A stretch of DNA of 64,000 nt from a virus, in the IMG/VR virus record IMGVR_UViG_3300027822_000297; one strand, written 5' to 3'. The notes under the pieces are model-generated. The model saw only the letters and a list, made by a program, of their open reading frames with translations, made no database searches and was not told where the DNA came from. Shown here piece by piece: positions 37,074 to 47,799 of the stretch. The position numbers and the translations under genes are program-made. Numbering within the stretch: position 1 is the stretch's first letter; each line of letters opens with the position of its first letter.

Positions 37074-37501
37074 GTGGTGTAGAGGTAAGAAGGAATTTTG
37101 ATTTAAAATTAGAGGTATCACAAGCTTTAGATTCTATTCAATATGATGCGCTTGCCTTAAAAACAATTGAAATCATTCTTGAAAAAACATCAAGTGGCGT
37201 GGATTTTGACAATAAACCGTTTGTTGAATATGCGGATTTTACAAAGAAAGTACGTAAAGAAAAAGGACTGCCAACATCTAAACCTGATTTATTTTTTACA
37301 GGGAACATGTTATCTGGGATGACATCTATTGCAGATAATGATGGCGCTGTTATTGGATTTTTAGATCGAGATTCTAGCAATAAAGCCTATAGGCATGTCT
37401 TAGGTAATGGCGTTCCTGTTCGTGATTTCTTTTTTATCAATGATGATGATGGCGATGAGTTACTAGACCTTGCTATGTCTTTTTTTGATGACGCTATGTG
37501 A
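37070..37501 (+). CDS. Neck/tail-completion (virion morphogenesis) protein
   Basis: G.D.D..PF..Y, L..TGNML, P.RDFF motifs. Confidence 0.75.
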   Translation: MSGVEVRRNFDLKLEVSQALDSIQYDALALKTIEIILEKTSSGVDFDNKPFVEYADFTKKVRKEKGLPTSKPDLFFTGNMLSGMTSIADNDGAVIGFLDRDSSNKAYRHVLGNGVPVRDFFFINDDDGDELLDLAMSFFDDAM

Positions 37502-37941
37502 TGGAAAATTATTTAATTGCAGAATCATTAATTATAGAGAGATTAAGAGATCAAATATCGAATATTAGTGTTGTTTCAATTTCAGAGCTAGCTACAGTAA
37601 CAACTAGAAGCCAGCTTATTCCTGCAATTCAAGTTATTTATTCTGGGGATAAGATAGAGGCTGAAGGTGGCCAGGTAAGTGGACATATATTCGCAAGGCA
37701 AAAATGGTTAGTCGTTTTGGTTGTTAGAGATAATCGCAGTATTACTGATGGAACAACGGTAGATGTCGCAGGTGGTGAATATTTAATGCAGATTATTGTT
37801 GCGTTGTCAGGTTATCAATTGTCGTCCGATCATGGTTTTTTACGTAGGGAATCATCACCCACCACACAATACAAAAATGGATTTGCTTATTTTCCATTAA
37901 TGTTTAGTACAAAAATTGAAACAACAGGTTCTTTAATATAA
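37498..37941 (+). CDS. Tail terminator (Mu gp37-like)
   Basis: PAIQVIY.G, W.VVLVV, YFPL.F motifs; position. Confidence 0.7.
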   Translation: MMENYLIAESLIIERLRDQISNISVVSISELATVTTRSQLIPAIQVIYSGDKIEAEGGQVSGHIFARQKWLVVLVVRDNRSITDGTTVDVAGGEYLMQIIVALSGYQLSSDHGFLRRESSPTTQYKNGFAYFPLMFSTKIETTGSLI

Positions 37942-37957
37942 ATATTGGAGTAAAAAT

Positions 37958-38944
37958 ATGCCTTCTAATGAAAATTCACGGGTTGATTATGAATCAGGAG
38001 TTACCCCGTTTACAATGTCAGCATTGATTGATTCAGGGGATAGAATAACATTTAATTCACAAGCCAGTCAGTTTTCAGAATCGGCTGGTAATTCACCAGA
38101 TATAAAGCCAAATGGCATATTAACCGGCGGTGTTGTAATTCCTGCAATATCTGCAACGGATGATGCCATTGATATTGCAACGTTAACTTGTAATCTTAAC
38201 GGTGTCGTGACAACCGTTGTTGCAAGTACTGATGAAGCAATAACACGGGCTGGTACAAATGTATCAAAAGTTAATTCAATAACCATAACAAATGCTGGTG
38301 CAATCGCTGTGCTTACAGGAACAAATGGCGCTACAGCAGCGTTTAGTGAAACAAGGGGCGCAGCAGGTGGACCGCCTTATATTCCGACGACAAGTATAGA
38401 AATAGCGCAAGTTAGGGTGACGGCCTCAGCCGCGGCACAAGTTACGGTTACTGAGATATTTGATGTGGTTGGAACACATACTGAACGTGCTGATTTTCCT
38501 GTGTTTACTAAAGCAAATACCACGGCAACGGTTAAGTTTGATGTGGCTTTACCTGCATCACATACAGGCGATGTCGCAAAAGGTGTTTATGCAAGTTATT
38601 CTGAGCCTGTTTTTACTGAACAAACGTTTGCAAATGATTTTGTTCCCGCAGAAACAACGCATTCAACATCCTCAACGCAAGTTTATGGTGCAACTATTGG
38701 TTCTAATTCACAAACATTAAATCAGGGTTCTTTTACTGCTATATTGAATAATGGCATAACTGATCCAATTTTATCTCGAAAAAATGATACGTTATGGTTT
38801 AGATATTTTCAGGATAAGTTTAAAACTCCGTTTATATTAACTCAAGGAAAGCTTGGTATTTCACGAACATTTGGTGCGGCGGACAATCCACAGGTAACAT
38901 GTACAATTTCACCTGATGTGGCCAGTGTCGATAAGGCCGGTTGA
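37958..38944 (+). CDS. Major tail tube protein
   Basis: 328 aa Thr/Ala-rich; position before the chaperone. Confidence 0.75.
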   Translation: MPSNENSRVDYESGVTPFTMSALIDSGDRITFNSQASQFSESAGNSPDIKPNGILTGGVVIPAISATDDAIDIATLTCNLNGVVTTVVASTDEAITRAGTNVSKVNSITITNAGAIAVLTGTNGATAAFSETRGAAGGPPYIPTTSIEIAQVRVTASAAAQVTVTEIFDVVGTHTERADFPVFTKANTTATVKFDVALPASHTGDVAKGVYASYSEPVFTEQTFANDFVPAETTHSTSSTQVYGATIGSNSQTLNQGSFTAILNNGITDPILSRKNDTLWFRYFQDKFKTPFILTQGKLGISRTFGAADNPQVTCTISPDVASVDKAG

Positions 38945-39099
38945 TGTACATTTACATATTTGATGATGGTGGTGTTTATAAGACGGATGAATTTATAGAG
39001 GACGTAGATTTTAAGGAATGTTTATATGTGGGCGTGGGAACACTTAAGGAATATGTTGGTGGTGAATGGATGGAAGTTGAATGCTATGAGGGTGCTTAG
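38944..39099 (+). CDS. 51-aa acidic hypothetical protein
   Basis: Own translation MYIYIFDDGGVYKTDEF...; overlaps both neighbours. Confidence 0.5.
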   Translation: MYIYIFDDGGVYKTDEFIEDVDFKECLYVGVGTLKEYVGGEWMEVECYEGA

Positions 39100-39548
39100 T
39101 GAGTTTTGACGTTCAAAAGTTTATGCGGACTCAATTTGAGCCACGTATTGAAATTGTAGATGTTCCAACATTAAAAGAATGGTTTAATGATGAGCCTAAA
39201 TGGAAAGTTAGAGGGCAAACTGCAAGTGAAATAGCAAAATCGTTTGAATCAGCAGGTCGAAATAAAAATCTTGATTCTATTATCAAAGCAATAAGTAATA
39301 GCCAAGAGCAAGTTAATGAATTAAAACACGCGATAGGCTTATCTGATAATGTACCTGATGATATTGTTAAACGACTTGAGCAACTGGTATTTTGCAGTGT
39401 TGATCCTGTTGTTGATATGCCAGCGGCGGTAAAGTTAGCAGAAACGTTTCCTGTTGAATTTTATACTTTAACTAACAAGATAGTTGAATTAACGGGGTTA
39501 GGTATGAATGTCCCAAAGTTGAAAGCCTCTGGGAAAATTACAGCATAA
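39099..39548 (+). CDS. Tail assembly chaperone (gpG-like)
   Basis: Position before the tape measure; slippery GGGAAAA at 39531-37. Confidence 0.8.
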   Translation: MSFDVQKFMRTQFEPRIEIVDVPTLKEWFNDEPKWKVRGQTASEIAKSFESAGRNKNLDSIIKAISNSQEQVNELKHAIGLSDNVPDDIVKRLEQLVFCSVDPVVDMPAAVKLAETFPVEFYTLTNKIVELTGLGMNVPKLKASGKITA

Positions 39549-39697
39549 GAAATAAGATGACTTTATGTGATGCCAGGGGCAAGTTCTTATATGAGGCTTG
39601 CCCTTCTTTATTTCCAGAGGGTGAATTAACGAGTACTGAAGTGGTGTTATGGGAATTATTTTACAGAGAGCGGAATAGCAGAGCTAATAATGGCTGA
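39531..39697 (+). other. Programmed -1 frameshift site and gpGT-like extension
   Basis: -1 frame reads ENYSIRNKMTLCDARGKFLYEACPSLFPEGELTSTEVVLWELFYRERNSRANNG* to 39697. Confidence 0.8.
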
Positions 39698-42398
39698 TTT
39701 AGAACGTACTGTTGAAATTATATTTAAATCCATTGATCAGACAGGAAGTGGGTTAAGTTCTGTATCTGGAAAATTAAATGATTTTGAGCGTAGCATAGGT
39801 AAGGTCTCAGCTCCGCTAGCCTCATTAGCAGGCGATATTATAAAAACAGAAGCGGCAGTGCTTGGGTTAGCTGCGGCTTATGGGATTTATGCTGTTTCTG
39901 AGGCAGCAAAATTTGAATCAGCGCAAATTGATTTAAATAAAGTTTTAAGTGATATTGATGCGCCTGTTGAGTCATTTACTAAAACAGTCTTTGAATTATC
40001 TGAAACATATGGTGTTGCATCATCTAGTATTTTACAAGGCATTGCAAATTTTAAACAAGCAGGATTTACAGCGTCAGAATCTGCAAAACTTCAAAAGGAT
40101 GCGCTGGATTTAGTTATTGCGGGTGATGTTGAAGCGGCGCGTGCGTCAGAAATATTAGTTTCATCATTAAAAGGATTTGGCGCTGGCGCTGATCAAGCCA
40201 CACGGTTTATTGAAGCATTGAATAATGTTTCGAATAAATATGCGACAGATTTAGCCGAATTAGCAACAGGCATGGGGCGTATTTCTCCTGTTGCACAGCA
40301 AATGGGGTTTACGTTTGAAGAAACAACGGGATTGATTACACCGGTAATCGAAGTTTTTAGAAGTGGCCCAGAGGCAGCCAATGCATTAAGAACAGGTCTA
40401 TTGAAATTAATCGATGATGCCAAGCCTGTTGGTGAAGCCTTAAAAAAAATCGGTGTTTCCCAGTTTGATGCAAATGGCGTTATGCGTTCAGGGAAAGATA
40501 TATTTCTTGATGTCGCTAATGCATTTAAAACTTTAGATCAAAATCAAAAACTTGTTATTACCTCTCAATTAGTCGGTATTGAACAAGCATCTAAGATGGT
40601 TTCTGTTTTTGATAATTTAGGGAAAGTTCAAAACATTACTTCGGCTGCAATGGAGCGCACTGGCAGTGTTACTAAAGAGGTCGAATTACGACTTAATAGT
40701 GCTGAAAAACAAGTAGACAAATTTAAAACGACATTTAGCAATTTAGGGATTGTTGTTGGTGGAGAACTCCTAGATAATTTCAAAGGGGTCGCTGGCGGTG
40801 CGTCAGAGTTAACCAGTGCTTTTTCAGATATAGTAAAACAAGGCGGGTTAGCACCGTTATTTAATGCACTTAAACCGTTATTAGTTGATTTTGAAGCCAC
40901 ATTAAAAGGTATTGCCGTTGCTCTGCCTGATGCGTTTAAAGGTGTTGATTTTGATGGCTTAATTAAATCATTTCAAAATCTAGGCGGTGAAATAAGTAAT
41001 ATTTTCGGTGACTTGGATTTAACTGATGCGCGAGATTTAGAACAAGCATTACAAGGTATTGTTGACTTTATTGCTTTATTAACTAATGCAACGGCAGGTG
41101 TTGTTGAGGGATTTAGCCCGTTTGTTGATGCAATAAAATCACTATTAGAATCATTAGCTGATGGCGATAACGATATGGTGGCTTTTGGTTCTAACTTAGT
41201 TGGCATGGGTGCCGCTGTAAATAAAGTCATACCATTGCTTGGTTTTTTGGGTGATACATTAAGCTTATTAGCTGATGTAGTGCTCGTTGTTGCGGGAGCA
41301 AGAGGATTTGCTGCCTTTGTTCCTGCTGTTAGCTCTGCTGCAACAGCCTTACTTACGTTTAATCCTGCTGCTGCCGCGTTTTCGGCTGCTATGGGAGCTA
41401 TTGCTTTTGCCATTATTGAAAATATAAAAGCTTTTAACGATTGGCAGGATAGAGTAAAAGGAATTAATAAAGATGCACAAACCGCAGATGATGTAATAAA
41501 AAGATTACCGCAAACATTTGAAGAATTATCTAAAAAAGCAGGCGTTTCTATTAAATCAATGGATGATTTTAATAAAGCTGTTGAGGATGGTAAATTAATA
41601 GCGAATGAGGCAGAAGGGGGGTGGAAAGGTGCAGGTGAGGGCGTTAGGGATTTTGATGCGGAGGTGGAGGCGGCGCTTGGTAATTCAATCGAACTCAGAA
41701 AAGAAACAGAACAAAATACAGCTTCATTAAAAGAAAGCGCTGAATCGACAAAGGCATTAACTCAAGTTACTAGTAATGCGGCGCAGGCTGAGGATGAATG
41801 GATAAAAACCATTGAAAATGGTCAAGTCGTCTATACCAATAAAAATAGAACGCTAGACGATACTGGAAAAAATTTAAAAAAGGTTAAGGAAGAAACAGAC
41901 AAATTATCTAAATCTGAAGAATTAGCAATAAGAAATGCGGCTGAATTAGAGCAAACACTTGTTAAATTAGCGAGCAATGAGCGAATAAAAGCATTAGAAT
42001 TCTCTGCAAAAATAGAAGTGGCTAATGTTGAGGCGGATGCGAAGCGAGTAGTTGCGGCTTATGAAGCGATTTCAAGTGAAATTGTATCAACAAATGATTT
42101 ACTCGGAACTTTAAATCAAGAGTTTGCAAATGCTAGTGGTTTTGATAAGTTAGCTATTGATGATCAAATCGATAAAGCAAATGATCGTGCAGATCGACTT
42201 TTAGATCAGCAAGAATTATTAAATACTGCTAACGTTAAGCATTTGAATGCCCGTACAGCACAAATAGAACGCGGTGGAAGTGATATAACTATTAACGCAG
42301 ATAATTTATCACCTGAATTGCAAGCTGTATTAGAGTCATTAATTAATAACATACGCATTAAGGCAATTGCTGAAGGTGCTGCATTTATTACAGGTTAG
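39690..42398 (+). CDS. Tape measure protein
   Basis: 902 aa Ala/Gly-rich helical protein with TP901-type core. Confidence 0.95.
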   Translation: MADLERTVEIIFKSIDQTGSGLSSVSGKLNDFERSIGKVSAPLASLAGDIIKTEAAVLGLAAAYGIYAVSEAAKFESAQIDLNKVLSDIDAPVESFTKTVFELSETYGVASSSILQGIANFKQAGFTASESAKLQKDALDLVIAGDVEAARASEILVSSLKGFGAGADQATRFIEALNNVSNKYATDLAELATGMGRISPVAQQMGFTFEETTGLITPVIEVFRSGPEAANALRTGLLKLIDDAKPVGEALKKIGVSQFDANGVMRSGKDIFLDVANAFKTLDQNQKLVITSQLVGIEQASKMVSVFDNLGKVQNITSAAMERTGSVTKEVELRLNSAEKQVDKFKTTFSNLGIVVGGELLDNFKGVAGGASELTSAFSDIVKQGGLAPLFNALKPLLVDFEATLKGIAVALPDAFKGVDFDGLIKSFQNLGGEISNIFGDLDLTDARDLEQALQGIVDFIALLTNATAGVVEGFSPFVDAIKSLLESLADGDNDMVAFGSNLVGMGAAVNKVIPLLGFLGDTLSLLADVVLVVAGARGFAAFVPAVSSAATALLTFNPAAAAFSAAMGAIAFAIIENIKAFNDWQDRVKGINKDAQTADDVIKRLPQTFEELSKKAGVSIKSMDDFNKAVEDGKLIANEAEGGWKGAGEGVRDFDAEVEAALGNSIELRKETEQNTASLKESAESTKALTQVTSNAAQAEDEWIKTIENGQVVYTNKNRTLDDTGKNLKKVKEETDKLSKSEELAIRNAAELEQTLVKLASNERIKALEFSAKIEVANVEADAKRVVAAYEAISSEIVSTNDLLGTLNQEFANASGFDKLAIDDQIDKANDRADRLLDQQELLNTANVKHLNARTAQIERGGSDITINADNLSPELQAVLESLINNIRIKAIAEGAAFITG

Positions 42399-42400
42399 TT

Positions 42401-42748
42401 ATGATTGCAATAAGCACATTAACGTATGATATAGATGGCCATTTAATCTTATATGTTAATCCTGATACGGATTTTGGTAAAATGACTCGCCGTCATACTC
42501 GAACCGCTACATTAGATGGGGAGAGCGTTATTACTGATTTAGGTTATGCATGGTCAGATATGACTTTCAATATTAATGTTAGCCGGATTACTAACGAAGA
42601 ACTTGAGCAGTTAAAGTATTTAATTCAATCTTATCCAGTTTTATTAATCAGTACGAAAGAAGGCTGCTTTGAAGGTGCGCTTGATAGTCTAGATAGTCGG
42701 ATTTACCCTATTTCATTTAATTTTTTGCCATTAAAAAAGGTTAGTTAA
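42401..42748 (+). CDS. Distal tail (Dit-like) protein
   Basis: Small protein directly after the TMP; R..TLDG motif. Confidence 0.65.
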   Translation: MIAISTLTYDIDGHLILYVNPDTDFGKMTRRHTRTATLDGESVITDLGYAWSDMTFNINVSRITNEELEQLKYLIQSYPVLLISTKEGCFEGALDSLDSRIYPISFNFLPLKKVS

Positions 42749-44902
42749 ATGGGCGTGGGTAAACTTCTATCGCATACCGGCAAGGGTTTGTATGCGGTTG
42801 AATTACAATTTCGTAATGATTTTATATTAAAGCAACGCGCAGATTTAGCAAAATTAAAAAAAGAATTAGACGAAGAGTTAGTTAAACTTCAAGAAAAGTT
42901 GGATGAAACTAAACAGGAGATTATAGATACACAGGATGATTTAGATTTATTGATTGTTTCACCCCTTTTTCCGTTAACGCATCGAGATATACTTAACGGC
43001 TTAACGACTCAAGAGGAAAAACGGGAATTTGATATTCGCCAATTACAACGAAAATTGGTTGATCTGAATCGCGTTCTTGTGGATACGGAAGAAAGAATAA
43101 AGGTTAATAATATAAAGTATGCGCCTGTTATTGCTAACAAACAACTCTATGACGATCATTCAACAAGCCCGCCACTCCTTGAAGTATGGTGCGTTGATTA
43201 TTCCCAAGATTTAATTATAAAAGATAAAGAAGGGAATGAGGTTGAAACTTTTGTTGAAACCATTGAATCGATGGATGAATATAACGATCCCAATCAATTC
43301 ATTAATTTACGTCCTGTTGTTGGTAAAACTTTAAAGGAATTAGAGGGTAAAATTGATTCAGAAGGACGGTTAACGCTCCCTGGTGAGGTTGATAAACGTA
43401 CCTTACCACATAATGAGCATGTGTTAAATTCAGGGGCATGGACAATCGCTTGGAATTGGATGACATTGCCGTCTATGCAAACATGGCGTCCTTATTACAA
43501 AATAGCTAATATAACGTCCATAGACCATCAAAAACAAACATGCCGTATCAGTTATCAAAATCAGGAGTTTCGGAGCAGCATACGGCCTTTTCCTGTTGAT
43601 TTTGATACTGTTGACTTTACTGGGGGCGAAGGACGTTATCAGGTTGAATTAAATACCGTTCATGACAATGTGCCGATTGTTTACATGGAATGTGGTTCTT
43701 CGGTCTTTAAAAAAGATGATGAGGTGATTGTCGAATACATTAAAAGGGACCCTGAGAAACCAAGAGTTATTGGATTTAGGCATGATCCTAAGCGTTGTTT
43801 AGTTCAATATCTTATTTATATAAGTAATCAGAAATTATTAGCACGAGAAATAAGTAGTTTAGGAGGATTTTCTAATACGCAGATTGATTTGTTTAAGACA
43901 GAGACAGAAGTTTTAGATTGGCGGTTTAATTTAGAACAGAGCTTACGTTTGAATTGCGGTCAACTCATGTTAAATGATGAAAATGATGAGGAGATTGAAA
44001 ACGTTTATAGTTTTGATATTGCTCATATATATAGAAATGGCGTAGATTTAGAACTTTTTACTGTTATTCCAGAACAAATAAATGCAAGGCCTCAAATCGT
44101 GTGGCATTTTCCTAATGTCATGAGAGGAAGAACTATAAGTTTTGGTGTTGGAATATATGAATCGTTTGCAGAAGATCATCCTATTGGAATAGTCGGTATT
44201 GAGGTTTATGAAAGCAAACTTTATGTGTTAGCAGAAGCTAAAGTAATCAATGCAACAGGCCGTATGTTTGCACCTAATACTATTCTAAAAGCTGGTGATC
44301 CAGTACCATTGCCTTGGCGTTACCTTAGTGGATGGGGTTTTCTTGTTCTTGTTTATAATATAGATGATGAAGGAAACTTATTTTTAATCGATCAAATACA
44401 TATAAATACAGAAGTCTATACTTATGCTGAACCTCGGCCTGGACAAGCTAATATTGCAATTCCTTTTTTTAATCGATGGGATGAAGCAACGCCTTTTAAT
44501 TTAACAACTCGTGGTGGTGGAAATAGTGTTACTAAAATATTAGGATTTTCTGTAAATGCGGGTTATATTCTTCTAACATTTACATCAGGTGCTAGAGGTG
44601 GAGTTTCTGGTACTCCTTGGTGGAAACAGCATAGCTCAAGTATGATGTTGGTTGATGTAAATAGTGGGCTAACTTTATCTGATGTATGGTTAAATCATAG
44701 GGTTGACGATCCTGAAAATTTAGGTTATGGGAATTTGATTGAGCAATTTAATATTGCAGATAAAAGTGATAAAGTTAATTATGATCCCATTTTTGATCCT
44801 AACAATGAATTATTAGATGGCTATGTCAAAATCAATGGTAAGGGTATTGTTAATGATCCAGGCATAGATGTTATAACAAGTACGGGAGAAGTCACTGGCT
44901 GA
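42749..44902 (+). CDS. Large tail-tip/baseplate protein
   Basis: 717 aa; N-terminal coiled coil, OB-like KDDEVIVEY segment, beta-rich C-terminus. Confidence 0.65.
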   Translation: MGVGKLLSHTGKGLYAVELQFRNDFILKQRADLAKLKKELDEELVKLQEKLDETKQEIIDTQDDLDLLIVSPLFPLTHRDILNGLTTQEEKREFDIRQLQRKLVDLNRVLVDTEERIKVNNIKYAPVIANKQLYDDHSTSPPLLEVWCVDYSQDLIIKDKEGNEVETFVETIESMDEYNDPNQFINLRPVVGKTLKELEGKIDSEGRLTLPGEVDKRTLPHNEHVLNSGAWTIAWNWMTLPSMQTWRPYYKIANITSIDHQKQTCRISYQNQEFRSSIRPFPVDFDTVDFTGGEGRYQVELNTVHDNVPIVYMECGSSVFKKDDEVIVEYIKRDPEKPRVIGFRHDPKRCLVQYLIYISNQKLLAREISSLGGFSNTQIDLFKTETEVLDWRFNLEQSLRLNCGQLMLNDENDEEIENVYSFDIAHIYRNGVDLELFTVIPEQINARPQIVWHFPNVMRGRTISFGVGIYESFAEDHPIGIVGIEVYESKLYVLAEAKVINATGRMFAPNTILKAGDPVPLPWRYLSGWGFLVLVYNIDDEGNLFLIDQIHINTEVYTYAEPRPGQANIAIPFFNRWDEATPFNLTTRGGGNSVTKILGFSVNAGYILLTFTSGARGGVSGTPWWKQHSSSMMLVDVNSGLTLSDVWLNHRVDDPENLGYGNLIEQFNIADKSDKVNYDPIFDPNNELLDGYVKINGKGIVNDPGIDVITSTGEVTG

Positions 44903-45296
44903 TTATTATAAATATTGCGCAATTAATCCAAGAGGTGATTTTTTTGTTGCCATTAATGATCATAATAAACTCTTTGGAACATCAAAGGATTCATTTGGAA
45001 ATAATGATCCTGATGAATCTATATTCTCTAATATTAAGCTTAGGGTTTATCGATATCAAGCTGATCTATCAGAGGCAACACGTGAACTTATTGCCGAAAA
45101 TTTGATTGATTATGGTTCATCAACCATGAAAGCAACGGACTCAAAAATAATTATTGCAACTGGTGATTCTGTTATGGCTTATTCACCAAGATTACAGGTT
45201 ATCAATCTTTTGCCTGATGATAAAGGGCATTATAACTATGAAGTGCAAACTTTTGACTTAGATATTTCTGTGGATAAGATTGTGGATATTATTTAA
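44895..45296 (+). CDS. Tail-region protein, probable CUG start (MADYYKYC...)
   Basis: Frame open from 44877 with no ATG/GTG/TTG until 45102; GGGAG 6 nt before CTG 44895. Confidence 0.5.
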   Translation: MADYYKYCAINPRGDFFVAINDHNKLFGTSKDSFGNNDPDESIFSNIKLRVYRYQADLSEATRELIAENLIDYGSSTMKATDSKIIIATGDSVMAYSPRLQVINLLPDDKGHYNYEVQTFDLDISVDKIVDII

Positions 45297-46933
45297 TGCA
45301 TACAGCTTGGCGGTTATTTGTTGATAACAGTGATAATGCAAATCTTATCGGTTTTGCTGAGCTTCGCTTATTACAAAATATCACAAATCATGGTTTTGTT
45401 TCATCAGGAACTGCCTATGCATCGATTGAGGATACAGCGTCTAATGAACTAGCTGAGTATGCATTTAATGATTTAATTGTCGGTTTCGGTGGTATTGGGT
45501 GGGGAACCCCGAACAACTTTCCTACAAATCAAAGTGTTGGTAAGGTTTTTGAAGCTCCTGTTTTAGTTGATAGCTATGAAATTGTCGCGATTTCATTTGC
45601 TGGGTCAACTGATAGAACGCCTAAAGATTTTAAATTACAGTATTCCGATGATGTAATAACGGATCAAGCATCATTTTTGTCTGCGACTTGGACAGATGCC
45701 GATGTTAGAACAAATGAAATAGGTTGGGGGGCAAATGAGGTAAGACATTACAATATTGATTTAGGTAATATTGGATTAATTTATGAGCCTACTGTTGATA
45801 ATGTTACGTCAACAGGTACAGTCACAGGCACAGGAACGCCACTTGACGATGGCTCGCACTTAGCATGGCGACTATTAATAAATAGACCCGCGGGCGATAA
45901 CTCGGTACAAATTGCTGAAATAGAATTTAATTTATTAGGTGTCGATCAATCAAGTCAGCTGGGTTCTGTTTATGCATCATCAGATAATGGTGTTAACCTT
46001 CCAGAACATGCATTTGATGATATAAGTGGGTCAGGTGGTAGCAATTCATGGAGAACCTTAGATAATGAACATTTAAATAGTTATATTGGCAAGGTATTTA
46101 ATACTACCATATTGTTTAATGAATTAACCATTCAAGTTATTGATATTTTTGGATTTGGCACACGTTTACCTCGTGAATTTGAAATACAGTATTCAGATGA
46201 TTTTATAACTGATCAGGCTTCATTTGATAATGCAATGTGGGTGACTCGATATTCTTATGCGAATCAGATCGAATGGCAGAAAAATGAAATAAGGTCATTT
46301 ATTATTCCAGGCGTAGTGCCCACATTTGGTGTGGGTGCGATTCAAGAACCAAGTGCCGATAATATTTCAATTGTGTCATCAATTAAGTTAAATTCTGAGA
46401 GAGTTATATTAAGAATTATCACTTGTACCTTTACGGGAGATACGCTTCTTCCTTTAACGATACCTATTTCTGATTTAGTGGAGCCAGTTAGAAAAAATGG
46501 ACTCAGTTCAGCAAGCCTTGTTATTAATGGCACTTATTCAACCGATGTGTCTAATTATGTGGTTGATAATGGTCAATTTACAATAAATTATATTGATGTG
46601 TTGGCTGATGGATCACAAGTAACCGCTGCGTCACAAACTTATAAAATTAATAGTATTTCATCTGGTAAATCAGGAAGACAATGGAATTTGAATATTTATG
46701 GTACAACTAACTATAATGTTAATTTATATAGACAGCGTCTTGATTTGGAAAATGTTACTTCGTTACAACGTAACTTGAAAGGAGCGGCGATTATAAATGC
46801 TAAAATGGATAGAAGGGTAATGCCAATTGATATTGTGACTTTTAAAGGTAAAGAATATGAGGTTGAACAAGTGAGTCGGATAAATAATGTAAACAATAGT
46901 TTTATGGAATTAACGGCTAAGGAAGTGATTTAA
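45296..46933 (+). CDS. Tail protein with two discoidin/F5-8C-like domains and a hub-like C-domain
   Basis: Duplicated H.AWRL...QYSDD.ITDQASF...W..NE.R modules; C-domain paralogous to 47800-48675. Confidence 0.7.
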   Translation: MHTAWRLFVDNSDNANLIGFAELRLLQNITNHGFVSSGTAYASIEDTASNELAEYAFNDLIVGFGGIGWGTPNNFPTNQSVGKVFEAPVLVDSYEIVAISFAGSTDRTPKDFKLQYSDDVITDQASFLSATWTDADVRTNEIGWGANEVRHYNIDLGNIGLIYEPTVDNVTSTGTVTGTGTPLDDGSHLAWRLLINRPAGDNSVQIAEIEFNLLGVDQSSQLGSVYASSDNGVNLPEHAFDDISGSGGSNSWRTLDNEHLNSYIGKVFNTTILFNELTIQVIDIFGFGTRLPREFEIQYSDDFITDQASFDNAMWVTRYSYANQIEWQKNEIRSFIIPGVVPTFGVGAIQEPSADNISIVSSIKLNSERVILRIITCTFTGDTLLPLTIPISDLVEPVRKNGLSSASLVINGTYSTDVSNYVVDNGQFTINYIDVLADGSQVTAASQTYKINSISSGKSGRQWNLNIYGTTNYNVNLYRQRLDLENVTSLQRNLKGAAIINAKMDRRVMPIDIVTFKGKEYEVEQVSRINNVNNSFMELTAKEVI

Positions 46934-47797
46934 ATGGCAGCACATATAGCTTGGCGTTTTAAAGTAACGTCAATAGGAGACCCAACCACTACAATTCCCG
47001 AAGTCTCTTTTAGTGCTGGCGGTGTCGATGTTAGCACCAGTACCACCAATTCGGGGAATACTTTTTTTTCTATTACACCAACTGCTGGTAGTGCTGCTAG
47101 TGCCTTCAATGGTAATATTCAGTCATCACAAATACAACTAATTATAACCGCCCCAAATTCAACACCTCCATTTTACTTTGGAGTTATTTTAGACGCTGCG
47201 GAAGATGTTGATGAATACAACGTTTTTTCTTACGATAATGGCGGTTCCTTTGGGAACCTGATAACGGGATGGGATGTTGAGTTTTCTGATGATACGAGTA
47301 CTGGATTTGATGGAATATGGACTACTGGTGACACCCAAACATCTCAAGTATGGACAGCGACTCCAGAAATAAAAAACTTTGCAGTTTCAGGTACAGGCGC
47401 ATCTTTAACTATCACTGGCCCAATTATAGAGACATTAGCCATAACTTCTTGGGATGTACATTTAAATTCATTGGATGGAACACAACATTTCAAAGAAACA
47501 ACTACAGGGGCAACATATTCCTTTAGTTCAGATTTATCTAATATACCTTATGTTGTTACTGGAATACCTACGATTGATTTAGTATGGACTGGCTCAATTT
47601 CGGTAAGTGCAGGCCAATATGTAACATCATCAACAACACCTTATATTTGGGTATCTGGTGGCGCAGGAACTACTGGTGTAGCTGAACCTATTTGGAATTT
47701 ATCAGGAACAACAATTGATAATGATATTACATGGATTTATATTGATGAGTTACCCGAACCTAAGTCGCAAGGCCCGCTACTCCCTGTATTGATATAG
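46934..47797 (+). CDS. Tail protein with discoidin-like and carbohydrate-binding-like modules
   Basis: H.AWRF N-terminus; GTTG..EP.W...T.DN..TW motif. Confidence 0.65.
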   Translation: MAAHIAWRFKVTSIGDPTTTIPEVSFSAGGVDVSTSTTNSGNTFFSITPTAGSAASAFNGNIQSSQIQLIITAPNSTPPFYFGVILDAAEDVDEYNVFSYDNGGSFGNLITGWDVEFSDDTSTGFDGIWTTGDTQTSQVWTATPEIKNFAVSGTGASLTITGPIIETLAITSWDVHLNSLDGTQHFKETTTGATYSFSSDLSNIPYVVTGIPTIDLVWTGSISVSAGQYVTSSTTPYIWVSGGAGTTGVAEPIWNLSGTTIDNDITWIYIDELPEPKSQGPLLPVLI

Positions 47798-47799
47798 TT

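Noticed and set aside
40193-41413. Minus-strand ORFs inside the tape measure gene (also 6495-6956, 27466-27753, 34606-34941 and similar)
   Set aside because: Antisense shadows of strongly coding genes, with no starts or RBS support.
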